A stretch of 64,000 nt of DNA from Tubiluchus corallicola (Eukaryota; Animalia; Priapulida), in NCBI GenBank assembly GCA_030141605.1, contig JAQGDQ010000767.1, positions 1 through 64,000 of the forward strand, in the 5' to 3' direction. The position numbers were made by a program, and so were the translations under genes. The notes under the pieces were generated by a model. That model did no database searches and was not told where the DNA came from. It saw only the letters and a program-made list of their open reading frames with translations. Each line of letters opens with the position of its first letter. Position 1 is the first letter of the stretch. Positions 29,920-44,904 of this stretch are shown one piece after another.

Positions 29920-32804
29920 TGTATGCGCATGCGTACGTGTTGATTTCAATTTAAATACAAACAAAGACAAATTGTTGTAGTATTTATTCACGTCTACATA
30001 ATGTTACCATGTTTCCACTATAAAACGACGAACGAACGGCAGCATACATAATTAGCTTACAATCATACTTTGACTCTAGACTACTGAATTACACAACACT
30101 TAAACGTGATGCTGTGCTTGAATGACGGCAGTGCAATGGATTGAATTTAGCAGTACAACATCGTTACAGACACAAAAACACTAGCTATGCGTGTTTCTTG
30201 CTTAGCATAAACCTAAGACACATGATATTACAATTAAAAACTGTGCAAAAATTGTGCAATTAAATTTAAAAAAGCAAAACTTACTTTTCTGTAAAAGATG
30301 GATAAACAATGAATAAACCCTGTGAGAGAAAACAATGATGCTCTGACATTGGCAGTAATATTGAATCATGATGCTAAAAATATTGCTTCTACAATAGTAA
30401 TCACTTAGTGCAATGATAACTCTTACAAAAAGCATAATGATAGAACAATTCTACTTATACAAGCAGTCTTAAAACCCAAGCTGCTACACATATATATAAT
30501 TATATATCAGATGTATAGACTCAAACTCACACAGTAAATTGAGCAAACCACTAGAAACCCAACCTCAAAATATTACAAACAGAACATATCAGGAGTAAAA
30601 GAATAGATGTATTCAAGTTAAAATATGATACAGTCAGATATGCATAAAAAACTAGAGGAATCTTACATAACATGATCAGAAAAACCGTGGAATATAATTA
30701 CAGTTTCTAGTAAACTTACAAAGCTGTTATCTACACAGAAAATTTAAAAAACAACAACTATTTTAATAATAAAGATACGATTAACTAAACTGAAATTCTT
30801 TTCTTAATTTATATCGAATATTGGTCAAGAGCCAAAGTCTAATTTCGTGGCAAATTAACCAGCTTAGACGATTTGTAAAACACAAGCAGAAAAAACTAGA
30901 ATAGAATATATATCATTAATTAAAGTGACATATGATAATTACATTGATTATCAGGAGAGTAAGAATCTGTATGATTTTATTAATATTAATATTACGGAAA
31001 TTCTTTTGCGCACATCAAACAAGCACATACAGCACATACATTATACAAAAAACGCTAGAGAAACAATTAAAACTACAACTAGTCTTATTTACGTATAACT
31101 ATTATGCAATCTAACAACATGGTGGTAGTTTATAGCTTGTGTTGCAAGAAATAAAAAAAGTAATGCTTGTTTTATATTTACTATAGACAAAAGTTCTGCA
31201 TTAAAATGAGTATGAAACATAACAAATGTGTCTATGCATCGCTCTTGTACATGTAGAAACATAACGAATGTGCCAATGTGTAATTCAGTCAAAAACACGA
31301 CAGTGTGAGATCCGTTTACATATTATGCTAGTCAAAATAAGTGCTAGTCGGCAACGTATTTCAGCAACAATGCGAATGTTGTCGCATTCACGGCATTAGA
31401 ATGCTGCGACGAAGCATTCTAGCGAACCTAGAATTCTAATTGCACGACGCAGGCATCATACAACTAGATCAAACTCTTGCCCGTCGTTGCGTCATCGAGT
31501 CAGTAAAGTTACCGACTGTGTCACGATTAAAGTAAACAACCTAGATGTGTATAGTTAAGTAAACAAACCTAAAAAAATATGAAACGGTTGCTAACGCGCA
31601 CGTGACAATATTCATCTCTACATAAAACATCCGACATGTCTATTAACATCCCTCAAACTAGTAGCGAAGAGTATATAAAATATGCACAATAATCTAGTAT
31701 ACTTAATCATCTATTGAGAACGTAATAGCAAATATGACAACATCTATAAAAAGTCATAAGTAACATTTTTACATGATTATAAAGTCACACGACAGCGTAG
31801 TACAACGGAAATACGGAGAAAACGAGAGAAATGATATGAATTCTTGTCTGCCCGAATACTTCAGCCTCGTGATCTATCACGATGGATAAAATCTGTGCTT
31901 GATCAGTGCTGAATACCACATACAAGCAGCCAACGGGAAAACAATTGATCTACACTAATTAAGCAAGGCAGAAACAGAGGTTCTCCAAAATAAAAATGAA
32001 GTCATGAATGTTGCTAGCATCATATAGTCAACAATAACTCATTTCTTCTTTTTGCAAACAGGTACACCCAATTCTGTGAGCATAACAAATAACTGAGTTC
32101 AATTGTGGTTTACGCAATTTTATTAAAATTCCACTTTTTCGCTTTTTAATTTTGCTTAGCACCATAAGATGGCGCCAATTCACGTTCACGAGAATTTGAT
32201 AAATAACAGTAGACAAATTTCAGTAGTCAAAGACGGTTAGTTTAGACAAAATCTTGTAATAAAACCAAGCTTAATGAAAATATTTTATAAAAAATTAATT
32301 GTGCATATAAGTAGACAGAAAGACAGACAGACAGACAGTCGATTAAGAAATGCACAACAACGCAAACAGACGCCCTAGAAACACTAAACGATTCCCTTCG
32401 GTCCACCGACTATAATAAATTCATGATCACGAATAACAATAATTAAAAATATGATTTCGCATTTACTGAATTTAAAAATAAACAAGGTTTGCCATGATCT
32501 CATTACGCAACAACGGTCACAGAAATCATAAACAGTAGCAATTAGCTGCACTATTAAAGTCAATTATAAGTTATTTATTTGCAACGCGTAGTTATCAAAG
32601 ATTTTATGGGAAATCAGAAATCCGTGTGGATCAACCTTTAAAACCATAAACTTCTTTAAATAATGACTTTGCGAAGATTTGTGATAATGTGACAACCTCT
32701 TCGTTCAGTTAAGTGTCGAAATTGAAGACTAATAAAACATGTTACCAATCCACGCTTACTGCTAGTTCATTAGTTTACAGCACATTAGTTCATAATTTTC
32801 TTAA

Positions 32805-33346
32805 AGGAAAACCGGACGATTGTTTAGACTCAATCGCATTTTAATTTACTGTCCAGAATATACATTTTCTTGCCTATTAAAGTTAACAATTGTTCCTTAT
32901 ATTTGAATAATTAGCTTTGAAAGTTATTAATGGCAACAGAACACAGCTATTGCTTACATCACAAACTAACAACAGTTTCTGCAATGGCAGGCATCTTCTC
33001 TTGCGCATCAAGCACATTTGCATAAGTGTTACAGTACTGCTTAAACGCATGTTGTCACGAAAAATGGGCTCTACATCATATGACGTCATGAAACTAACAC
33101 TACAGTTCATGATCATGCTTATCACGGTACCACCTTCTATTTGTCGGCCACGCAAATAAAGGCGCTGCTGCCAATCTTAGTAGATTCACTGAGCCGAGCG
33201 TAGCTTTGAAAGTTTAATGAAATTTGAGTATCCGAGGTAATTATTATTTAATCTAAGCTTTGATTTAATATAAGCTATTATAGTTTTCAATATTTTACAG
33301 CAATCTTTATTCTAAACTCATGTTTACACAATCGTCCAGTTTTCCT
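32805..33346. mobile_element. Kolobok-like MITE (TTAA TSD)
   Basis: TTAA|AGGAAAACCGGACGATTGTTTAGAC ... GTTTACACAATCGTCCAGTTTTCCT|TTAA. Confidence 0.8.
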
Positions 33347-34214
33347 TTAAAGATTCCTTGATAAGTCAAGAATTTAGTGTTTCTGCTGTCGTGTTTCTAG
33401 GAAGTTACACAGCTTTCATTTTTAAGTCGAAACATCTACATACGAGCTACGAAATCCGCAAAGCTAAAAAGTCATCTCAGTGTAACTTTTCAAAGAAAGA
33501 ATTCTAGGAAGGAACTGTTACTTTTCACCTAAAAAAAGATTGACTCTGGGCAGCAATACTTTAAAACAATACACCACTTTTGGAAATCTTACAGCGCAAA
33601 GGGAAGAAATCTTGTCTTGAATTAACGTAAGAGTGAAATAGTCGTACAAAAAACAACGGTAGTGCCAAGTTAAAAACTGGATGACTTTGGAAAAAAATTA
33701 AAACTAAACATGACCCCCCGAGACCAATCATAAAACTGTTTACATGTTTGCTCTTCTGCAGTAAACTACATATTCTGCAAACGTACGTGGCAGTACTAAC
33801 AGCACAATTACGAGGAGAAATCGTAGTCGCGCGACCAAAATGCCGAGAATCAATACAGCCCAAGTTCGTGTAATAATCAGTGCCTCCAATCATAAAACAC
33901 GGAATTCTTACACATAGTGATTTGATGATCTCGGATAATAGAGAGAGAGGTCTGTAGGCGACGTAAAATAACTGGAAGATTATTGACGTGTTACAAACTT
34001 CTTGTGCTGCTGAATTTTATTGTCCCTCGAGGATACGAGAGACATCATTCTAGGAATGCATAAAAACCGTCTGGCAGGAGACAGAAACGGCAAACTCTCT
34101 GCATGCAGACAGCCCGAACGACGAATGCAATACGGCTTGCGTGCGACCGGGCATTTAAATTGAATTCTATCATTGTAAATTGCGGCCATAAAGCACTAAA
34201 CACACTTTATTCAT

Positions 34215-34470
34215 CAAGGGCATGTCTAGGACGTATAAGTTTCATCAAAAATCGTTGCTGTTACGATGGTTACATTACGGTAATTTGGTCTGGTGTTAAT
34301 ATAAGAACGCCTCTTATTATAACTCCACTACCATGTTCATTAATTTCATAAAGGGCATGTCTAGGACGTATAAGTTTCATCAAAAATCGTCGCTGCAACG
34401 ATGGTTACATTACAGTAATTTGGTCTGGTGTTAATATAGGAACGCCTCTTATTATAACTCCATTAGCGTG
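34215..34470. repeat. About 115-bp tandem duplication (2 copies)
   Basis: aagggcatgtctaggacgtataagtttcatcaaaaatcg at about 34216 and 34351. Confidence 0.85.
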
Positions 34471-34897
34471 TTCATAAATTAAGGCAACTTTTTGAAAAGT
34501 GGGCAAAATGTTCAAAAGTATCCCATTTGATTGCGACAGCCTATGCAATGAAACACAAGTTAAATGAACCCAACTTAGCAAACATGTAAACAAAGACAAT
34601 TTATAAACAAACCACTCTCGAGCTATTTGGATCCGGTGCACCTCGCTAACTAAAGCAGCGTGATCGTAAAAAGTGCAAAACAAACACAACGGCAACGGCG
34701 CAGTAAATTATTTTCAGGACCAGCGAGTAGTTGGTACTTCTCAACAATTTGAGTTTTCAATAAAGACTGGTTCCAGGTAGCATAATTGCGGAAAATTATG
34801 AAGATGCTTGTGACGAGATTTGAAGATAAATAAACCCTCTGAAATAGGCCCATGTACTTTAATGATGTTGAACTTTGCAATCATGGCATGTTATAGG

Positions 34898-35398
34898 CAG
34901 GGATGAGAATGAAAAATTGTAAAAACTCTGAAACAGGCCGGGGGTTTTGGGACAACCTAGGCCCCCCAATGAGGTCCAAGGGGGGCGAAGTTACCTTGGA
35001 GCCAGCAACAAATTGCAATTTTGTGACCATAGAGAGCCTCTAAGTGGACTTAAAATATCAATTACCTTGTTTCATGGATAATTTAAAATACCCAACTATC
35101 AAGGATACATGATACCCAATTGTCCCAAAAACGCCTAAGTACTGGCCGCTCCTATGCAAAAGTATATAAAAACTGTCTGCAATTGACTCAAATAACTCCG
35201 CACAATTGATTCTATATTTTTATACATAGAGATATACACGTGGTTACACTGATGTACGTGATGTAAACAAAGTGACGGTCTGCCAACTAGCGGTCAGCTT
35301 GTGAAATAATGTAACTGGGTCAGTAAAAATTTTCTCAATGAATTTACGCGATTTACAAGAATGTAATTCCGTGTATCTGTGGAAAATTCTCATCCCTC
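34898..35398. mobile_element. TIR element (AGGGATGAGAAT/ATTCTCATCCCT) flanked by a 125-bp direct duplication
   Basis: 12-bp TIR. Flanks 34771-34895 and 35399-35523 are near-identical. Confidence 0.65.
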
Positions 35399-36537
35399 TT
35401 CCAGGTATCATAATTGCGGAAAATTATGAAGATGTTTGTGACAAGATTTCAAGATAAATAAACCCTCTGAAATAGTCCCATGTGCTTTAATGATGTTGAA
35501 CTTTGCAATCACGGCATGCTATCGGATACGTGCAGTGGTGAATGGCCTTAACATTGCTCCCACGGGCTACACGAAAAGCAGTTTGAACATAAGACATCTA
35601 AACATGCATACGCTGCCAGCAGCATAGCATAAACGGTTTCAACCTAAAAATAAAAGCTGTGGCCACTAGACGGCAGCACAAGTCGGGTAATTAATGTTAC
35701 GTATAAAACACAAGTTTATATACATGAGTATTCCGCTAAGTAAAGTACTAATCACTACTATTATTACGTAAAAATGAATGTTCTCATGCTGCCTATTGAA
35801 AAAACTCATAAATTAATTATTTAATTAGACAAGTAATGTATCATTCATAATAAAAATCTACTTAGACACTCGCATGTAAATATAATATAAAAAAATTATA
35901 ATAATCTATGTTCACAATTGATACCTCATACAAAACAAATTCACTATGATAGAGATTCGAAATAGAGAGATTACTTCCCCCCCCCAAAGACAAAAACTCA
36001 TTTAAAAGAAATTGCGTGATAGCATACATGTGTTTTTGATCATTAATTCTCAGCTTGCGTTTTGATTTTATGTTTCTGCCAAAGCATCACCCTGTTGAAT
36101 TTATAAACAAAAGATCATCGGCCAATATAAATCGCTCATAAAAAAAAATTTACAATTAAAACTGATTAGCCACAACTGACCATTACAGATGGGAAGCCTA
36201 AACAGTTTTAGTTGTGTCAATTCAAGATTATGGCGTTGCTTATTATAATGCGAGTTGCATCATGGCGTTACTTCATGTTCGTTACATGAAATTATTGTCA
36301 CCGATTAGTAATTTTCCCCCAAATTTTGGGAAGTTTAAACGCTAAAATACTGTCAAGAGAGAGAAAGCAAAGCCACATCGATCACAGGAATAATCCCGAT
36401 TACTCAATAACAAATACTCGCTTCACAAAGATCCTGCGGTATGATTATCATGTGATTGATACGCACAGAAGCAAATAAAAATCGTAGATAATCACATGAA
36501 ATCATAATCGTTGCGGCCGAAACTCGTCTAAACTTGT

Positions 36538-39500
36538 TTACCCCACGACTACTCGTCTATGCGCCACAAACATGGACGCTACCGTCAGCACCGTCAGACC
36601 CCACGAGCCGACCATGAGCCAAAATGCCCATCCCAGGTCGCGGTTCATGGTCACACCGCGCAGTGATTGTGCGTCCTCGTTCAGGTACAGCTCCAATCCA
36701 AATACCAGCAGGGCCACGCCCATAACAAGAGCTAAATAAAGTAAATAAAGTAAATAAAGTAATGAAGTATATGATGTACGGTTTCATAGAAACAAGAGAC
36801 AGTTCTGTAGAATGTTGTTGTTGTTATTATTATTGCTGTTTTTTTAGTATTATTATTATAATTATTATTATTACTATTATTATCAATATCATTATCACTC
36901 ACTATTATTATTATTATTAGTGTCATTATCAGTATTATTAGTATTATTATAGATGCCAATTAATAGAAATTTATTTTAAATTTAAAAAATGATCAACTAT
37001 TGCTTATTTTCAATTGTTTCAAAGTCAGAATAAAATTTGGAGAATTGTACATTAAATTACATTAACTACATAACAACACACAGTCAATTTTATTTAGAAT
37101 TTCGCTATTAAATAAAGTAAATAATGAATGAGTAAATAGTAAATAAGTAATGAAGTATATGATGCAAGGTTAAATAGAAACAAGAGACAGTTCTATAGAA
37201 TCATTTGCAAAAGTTTAAGACCAAAGTGATTTTTTTCACGAAAATTGACAAAACCATCGTTTAACACGGTTCCATCTAAAAACTATTCATTTATTCTTCT
37301 AGAAAAATATACTACAGCATAGTTTGTATGTTTTTATCCAAAAATAGTCACAGTTCTTGAACATTTTGGTACTTTGTATAACCACCGAAGTTGTCAATCA
37401 CTGCCTTCATTCTAAGAGGCATACTGGAAATTAGGTTTTGGCAGTACTCGGAAGTAATTTCTTTAACCTAAACGTCCTTGATAACTCTTCGCAAGTCTTC
37501 AGCACTTGATGGTACAGTACAATATTTCACAATATAATGATGGTACAATCAGGGTACAGTATGATGAAAATCCCGAAAACTCGAGCTTGGTCTTAAACTT
37601 TTGCAAATGACTGTAGAATACATAACACACAATCAATTTCATTTAGAATTTTGCTGCACGTCAGAAGAATATAACATTTTATATATGTACAGAGTTCAGG
37701 GCATTGCAAATTTGAACCCAGTGCTCAATAAGGGTGAGCATTCTCTACCAGAAAACGAATTCGAAATCGAATCGAATTCGTGACTTTCGGATTTAAATCA
37801 AACCGAATTTCAGTATTTCGAATTCGAATCGAGTTTGAAAGATTTTCGAACAAGTTTTCGAACCCTCAGTAAAAAGCAGTTTTTACAAAGATCGTGCATA
37901 GGGTCTGTTACTCGATTTTGTTCTGCAAAAAAACCATAGGGAGGGGGGAATGAGCCACCTCTGGGGGGAGGGGGGACGCGAATAGGTGCAAAAATAAAAA
38001 TGAAACATTATTCAAAGTGTTTGTGGGCTAGGGGGAACGAGAATCAGAAAAGGTTGGGGCCCCACTGTGCTAAACTATCGACATTTTTGTGAAAATATTG
38101 CCGTCAGTGACGAGTTAACTCCTTCAGGACCGTAAGCTTCGCTGCGTTTTGCACGGTTGCTATAGAAACTGCTCTCACTAAGCAGCAATTTATTTATATT
38201 TGATAATTTTTGTGAGTTTCTACTCCTCACACGATGGATTTTCACGCACAATTATATATGAAATGCATTTGCTTAACTTAAACATTAAAAATAGATTTCT
38301 GATGAAGAAATCGAAAAAAGCTTTTCAGTAACTGCAGTGTTTACACTATAACAAAGTACAGTATCACTCATGTGATATCAGCTAATGCAGAAAATTTCAG
38401 CTATCCAGACACAACACTCTGATACACGTTGGCTCCTGCTAAAGGATGAAACGGTCTTAATTTGTTCTTGGCTGATCGGTTTTTCCTGGAATAGCAGCAG
38501 AACACTGCACAGGTTGTGACCATAACAAGCAGGTCGTCAATAAATTAGTGTGTACGATCACGCAAGTGTACACCAGGCTAAGCTACTCAATAGGCTAAGT
38601 TGACATACCTGAAGAGGGTGTGTTTTTCTTGATTTTATCCAATTAAATCACTTATAAATGTTTAAACAAACAGAAAGATTTGATAGCTGATATTCTCCTG
38701 AATGGAACAGTACCAAATTTGTAATCACTTAGTTATGTCTGTCCTCGTACAGTAGCAGAAAAGTCAAAAATCTCATAAGACCTATTTTGAATGGTGTGGT
38801 CCTGAAGGAGTTGATGGCCAATGGACTATGGTCAACTTTAGTTTAGACGATATTTATATACAGACTTATCATATTGGATTTGCAGGAGCTTGGAGATAAT
38901 GTAATTACAGAAGTTTGAAAGTCGACTCTCTTTAATTTAAGACACATATTTTAATATTATTGATGTCTTAGTGACACAATTACAGTTTGCAATCGGGAAG
39001 GAGGGGTGCTTGAATACTCACCAGTAAAAAGTAGTGACGAATAGATCATGACTCCGATGCAACGGAAGCAAGCGCCTCCTTTCGTGCACGTACAGCTGTA
39101 AAAGGGCAGCAATACGCACAGGTTCAGAACCAGGGTGCCGACGGCAATCGTGAACATGATCTGACACGCCATGAACCAGTCTGTAATCGGAATAAAGCGG
39201 TTTTAAAAGAACGGCCGCAAGCGGAATGCGACTCGTCGTATGAAATTCATCAAGACGATTAAGACGGCATCAACAAAACGCGCGGTTACAGCTGGTTATC
39301 ATAACCTAAACTGCTGTGCTGAGTAGCAGAAATGGTTGATGATACACCAACGTATGAATGACGCATTACGGATTGACTTTTATAACTCCGACAACCCGAA
39401 GCCAAAGAGTGTCGGTTGTGCTAATTAAGAGAAAGACGGTTGCAATTATCACTGCTTGTAGGACAGAGAAGCCAGCTAACGTAGCTGCTGTTAAATATAG

Positions 39501-41255
39501 CCGCAACCGCGAGGCTTCGCGAGGTTGATAACAAACAGAAGCACATGTCAAACACGAGAGACACTTTGAAATATCAGCAGCTGTTCATACCAACCATCAT
39601 CATGAAACCTGAATTTAGTTATAAGTATTTGGCATCGAATAAAAAAAAGCGGCACAGTAAAAACATGGATAGCAGACGGATGTAGCCAATAATTACCACA
39701 GAAATTACAGCTTTGTTTCTTCTACATCTTTCATTACACTTACAAAAACACACAATTCAAGGAAATAAATTGTCACTAAGCTTGAATGGAATGCAAACTT
39801 TATTGTTATTACAGCAAATTTTAATCCCTCAAGGCAAACACGCCAAGGTAGATTCAAGTCTACAGCAGGGCTGGATTTAAAATCAGAAAAATGTATAAAA
39901 GTGAAAGAAAGTCAGAAACATTTTGTACACAAAAATAGGCAGGGTGCATAAGATTATGGATATGTATAAAATAAATAAAATAGCTTATTTTATGGATTTT
40001 TGAAATTTTATTTTTTGGATATCAATAAAATAAGAAATAGACTATATCTGGAACGAGATGCCCAGGGGGAAATCAATTAAAAAGTAAAAACAGGAATGCT
40101 TGAAACGTTTTTTTAAACACGCGGAACTTAGTTTTAATTTTATCGGTTTCGTTTTAATTTTATCGGTTTCATATCACTTCAAGTTTAATCAAATTTTACA
40201 AGACAATGCCTTGTAATTCATCACTTCAGTTCAAATAATTCGTCTATTTCGTACAAATGTAGAATGCCCTCTAGGCTGAAGTTTCCGATCCAATGCCTGT
40301 ATTCAGTTTTGATTGCCTTATTTTGTACAAAAAAAGTTAAAAAAAAAATTTTTTATTTTATGCATTTCTTATTTTATGGATTTTTCAAATTTTATTTTAT
40401 GGATTTTTGGTCTTATTTTATGGATATCCATAATCTTACGCAGCCTGACAATAGGACTCGAGCCCGAGACATTCTATTTTTCGGGCAGCTATCTCTCATC
40501 ATTAAACCGGTGCTCTGACTTTTATGGTTTAGGAATTCACACTACAAATGTGTTTGCTTTGATGCTTCGTGTTTTTGCTTCAGATCTGGGCAATTTTTGC
40601 ACCGAGAACTTATTACTAAGAAGCATAATAAATGTAACAGCCAGAATGTTTATTCTGCAGTGTGTAAAATCTGGCCAATCGTGTATGCTGTACTGATATT
40701 ACTGCTGAAACAAACCAATTGAAAGGAGCGATGCAAACAGGTAGACTTTATAACTTTTAACGGGTTGCTTACAAAGATTTCGACAAATTTTACCTTTTAC
40801 GCTAACTGACAGACATTGGTGTATTTTGTTCATCTATGGAATTAAATCCTTTTGAAGTGAATTTTCATTTAGCTGAGCATAAAGTTTATTTCGGGCAATT
40901 TAGCTAATAATACGATACATCGTATGGGCCCGGTTTAGCAAATCTTGGGCCCGTGTTTTAAAAAACCATGGGATTCTTGTCCCCAGCCGGGAAGAACGCA
41001 AAAAAACCACTGCAACTTACTTGGAATTTCGCCCCAGTTTCTCGTGTCGAACAGACGGTCACTGTCTCCGTACAGCCAGTTGCACGAATCACTCCCACCC
41101 AGGTTGGCTAGTCCTCCGCACTTTTTCCACAGACCGTAATTGGTTTTCCTCAAGGCGAGCGTGCCCCACTCATTGACAAAAAATGCTATGACAGCGGCAG
41201 CGGTCGCCAGGAATAGGAACACAATGACAAGCGAAACAGAACAGCGAGCTCCCAT
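36538..41255 (-). CDS. Claudin/PMP22/EMP-superfamily tetraspan protein B (195 aa, 3 coding exons)
   Basis: Exons 41255-41021, 39180-39022, 36731-36538, phase 1/1, 588 nt. W...YGLWKKC...C signature, WFMACQIMF, CTCTKGGACFRC loop, LGWAFWL, tail RRVVVG. Same 159-nt middle exon as paralogues A and C. Confidence 0.93.
37197..37613. mobile_element. Tc1-like MITE
   Basis: TIR tcatttgcaaaagtttaagaccaa / ttggtcttaaacttttgcaaatgactg|TA. Confidence 0.8.
38119..38810. mobile_element. piggyBac-like MITE
   Basis: TTAA|CTCCTTCAGGACC ... GGTCCTGAAGGAG|TTGA (degenerate TTAA). Confidence 0.75.
39940..40447. mobile_element. TIR MITE with 8-bp TSD (hAT/P-like)
   Basis: CAGGGTGCATAAGATTATGGATAT ... ATATCCATAATCTTACGCAGCCTG, TSD aaaatagg/acaatagg. 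An internally deleted relative lies at 59025-59148. Confidence 0.8.
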
Positions 41256-41429
41256 GATGAAGAAATTACGCAATCCTCCCTGTAGCGGAAAAATCTTTTA
41301 AGAAATTTTATACTGAACCTATCGATCTTTAATAGAATAACCAAAGTAAAGAATTAGTGTTGCTCCGGATATGTCATTCGTGTATCAGAAACAACATTAG
41401 TATCAATAACCTACAAGAACAGCTCTTCT

Positions 41430-42200
41430 TAAAACAAGAACATGTGGTACGAAACCAAGAACACATGGTGAGAAACCAAGAACACACGGTAAGAAACCAA
41501 GAACACGTAGTAAGAAACCAAGAATACATGGTAAGTACCAAGAACACATGGTAAGAAACCAATAACACACGGCAAGAGACCAAGAACACATGGTAAGAAA
41601 CCAATAACACACAGTAAGAAAACAAGTACACACGGTAAGAACCAAGAACACATGGTAAGAAAACAATAGCACACAGTAAAAAATTAAGCACATGCGGTAA
41701 GAAAACAAGAACACACGGTAAGAAACCAGAAACACATGGTAAGAAAACAAGAGCACACGGTAAGAAAACAGAAACACATGGTAAGAAAACAAGAGCACAC
41801 GGTAAGAAAACAGAAACACATGGTAAGAAAACAAGAGCACACGGTAAGAAAACAAGAACACAAGGTAAGAAACCAAGAACACATGGTGAGAAAACAAGAA
41901 CACATGGTACGAAACCAAGAACACATGGTGAGCATACGGTAAGAAACCAGGAACACGTGGTAAGAAAACAAGACACACGGTAAGAACCCAGAAACACATG
42001 GTAAGAAAACAAGAGCACACGGTGAGAAAACAAGAACACATGGTACGAAACCAAAAACACATGGTGAGAAAACAAGAACATAGGGTAAGAAACCAAGAGC
42101 ACACGGTAAGAAACCAAGAGCACATGGTGAGAAACCAAGAGCACATGGTGAGAAAACAAGAATACATAGTAAAAAACCAAGCATACATGGTAAGAAAACT
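41430..42200. repeat. About 22-bp minisatellite (aagaacacatggtaagaaa[a/c]c), about 35 copies
   Basis: Direct reading. It lies just upstream of the claudin-like B first coding exon. Confidence 0.95.
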
Positions 42201-44904
42201 ACTAACAAGTAGTCAAGTAATCTACCAACAAAACTACTAATGATAATGATGGCGCTGACAATAACACTAATGATGATGACAGAATGCAATCACATAAAGA
42301 AGTAAAAACATTAAACTGTTGAATTCCATTTACAAACTTTAGGGACAAAGTTAATTAATAATTCTTTGTTAAAAGTAACAACAGATTAACTGATTTACTA
42401 GGCAACTAAAATCTAAACAAACTATGTTTCTAGAATGCTGCACACACTAGAGATTAGATTGCCAAGGCTACAAATACATTTTAACTAACACGGTCGTGTG
42501 CAGTCTAATAGTTATATACCACACTGCCACTCTCAAAATTTAAGGGCATTAAATGTTAATCGAAAAATGTTAAATGTTAAGAAATATTTCAAAAGTATTG
42601 AGAGTAACACAGTTTGATAATGGTAATCACCTGCATTCTTTTTCCACAGAAATCTTAATAAAACGTGACTATGCTCAACAGGTTACTGAACACTTTATAA
42701 TAATGATCACAGTTTTTCTTAGTTCTCGCTCCATTTCATCTTTCATTCACTACTCCCCCCCCCACTTTTATGTATACATTATCATTATTTCAATTACCAA
42801 TCACTTCTTTAAGATTTCCACGTACAGTTTGGCCTGTCAAGCTATGCTTTTAGGCTCAAAATGTATGCATCAAAATTTTTCTGTAATGTAATTTGCACAC
42901 GTATATGCTGCATAAGAATCTCTTTTGTAATTGTGTAATTTCTGGATAATATTGCATAAATTTATATTTATATTCAGTGAAATGACCTGTATTTTTATTA
43001 TAACTGTTAGATGCAGAATGGAAATAAATAAACTTAACTTTACTTATCGAATAAACTCATTGTAACCCATATCTGACATCTAAATATCTGTTCAGCTTAT
43101 TCTTGAATTTGTTCACCGAGGAAGCTCTAAACGGTATCAGATAAGCGTACATTTTGCTCTCTAACCACACTTTAGTATTTTTTGCAGTACAGCAGGGCAC
43201 CGTGTTTACAGATATTAAGAGTGCTGCCCCCTGGTTCTACTTTCATTAATTGATGTAAACAATTCTTCTCTTTTTATGCCACCTACACACACATAATTTT
43301 TATAAGCTTGTATAAAATCTCTTCGATATCTCTTCAACTCTGTGGTTGTAAGTCAAACATTTTCTAAGCTTCTCTTGATAAGACATTCCCAACACACCTT
43401 CAATTCAATTCAATTTTATTTCCTCAATAGCAGTTAAAATTTGTCATAATTATTTTTACATTTCATTGCAGCTGAGAAAGAGCAGAGAAAGACCTGTTGG
43501 TCACTTGGTCAGCTGCCCCTTATTGAAAATACAAGTTTACTCACAGGCTCATGACATTTTCAGGTGTTTGTGCATATATAAAAAAGGCAAAAGCAACAAA
43601 AATCAAGATGATCATTGCCCTAAGTTTCATGCTATTAAGCTCACTTTAATACAGACATTTAAAGTGCTTCTTTATTTCCACTGTTTTCAGATGTTTTCAT
43701 TTCCAAGCTACGAAACTCTTTCCCTGGAGCAATTTTCAAAATTTGCTGCAAACTTAAAACACGAACAGATGTTCTGCTGGAAATGAAAACATCAGAAAAC
43801 CGTGCAAATAAAGAAGCACTTTAAAGGCCTGTGAAAAAGTGACATTAATGGCATCATATCACTACCCAATTAATTGAAATTATGGCAACAGTATCTCATT
43901 TAACAAGTAACCAACCATTTGGAATTATTAAAACAAAGAGAGGGGTAATATATAATAAGAATTTGCACTTGCCATCTTGCCAATGTGGCTTTGTATTAAA
44001 ACAAAGAGAGGAGTAATATATAACGAGAATTGGCGCTTGACAACTTGCCAATGTGGCTTTGACTGAATTGGACGAATAGTAAAACCACTTTCTTAGCTTC
44101 ATATACACTTCACTGATCCTAAAAAAGCTAAATGAGATTTGCTGCCTTGCCGTCTTAGTATTGATAGACAGATACAAATGACAATATTCCCCGAACATTA
44201 TTCAATTTATTTTGTCGTTAAAATTAAAAATAAACTTCGTGAATTTGTTTAATCAGGCATTCGCTTAGTTCGTCATTTTGTCATCATAGTAAAATAACCC
44301 ATTAAATATCAAATTTGAACTAAACAAATACAAACATTTTAATTATTCGTCCTAGGTTAATAAAAAACAAAACTTACAACAAGTTATTACAACCACACCT
44401 ACTTTCCTTCACTGTAATTTCGCAAAAGATGACAATGTTGAATGTTGAAATAGGGAGGGTCAGTAAAGACAACGAAGTTGAAAATAACTGCAGAATCGTA
44501 AAAAACAGTTCTGAAGATGACGCCCCACTTAAAAAATATGCTCACGACCACGTTCTTCATTTTCCAATACATAATTATTACTTACAATGCTCGTACGATG
44601 TCCATACCTTTTTTTAATATCTCGTATCAGCTAATGTACAAACAGCTATTGTTTCAAGATTCAGCCAGTGAACAGTCTAGATGTAAGTGAACAGCCACTG
44701 GATAAAAAAGAAATCATTGTGTGATACTTTAATGTGTTTTACATAATATTATGCTGATTTATCGCACATTTAATTTCCTTCTTTGATGAAACTCTGTAAA
44801 AAATAAGAAGTAAATCAAAAGTGTGATTCTTAAGTAATAGAGCAATCCAGTATGTAAACCAGTGAAATATGTCATAGAGTGTATAGAAAAAGACAGCAAA
44901 ATTG

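Noticed and set aside
41374-42289. 200-268 aa hydrophobic Cys-rich ORFs
   Set aside because: A 22-bp minisatellite open in several frames.
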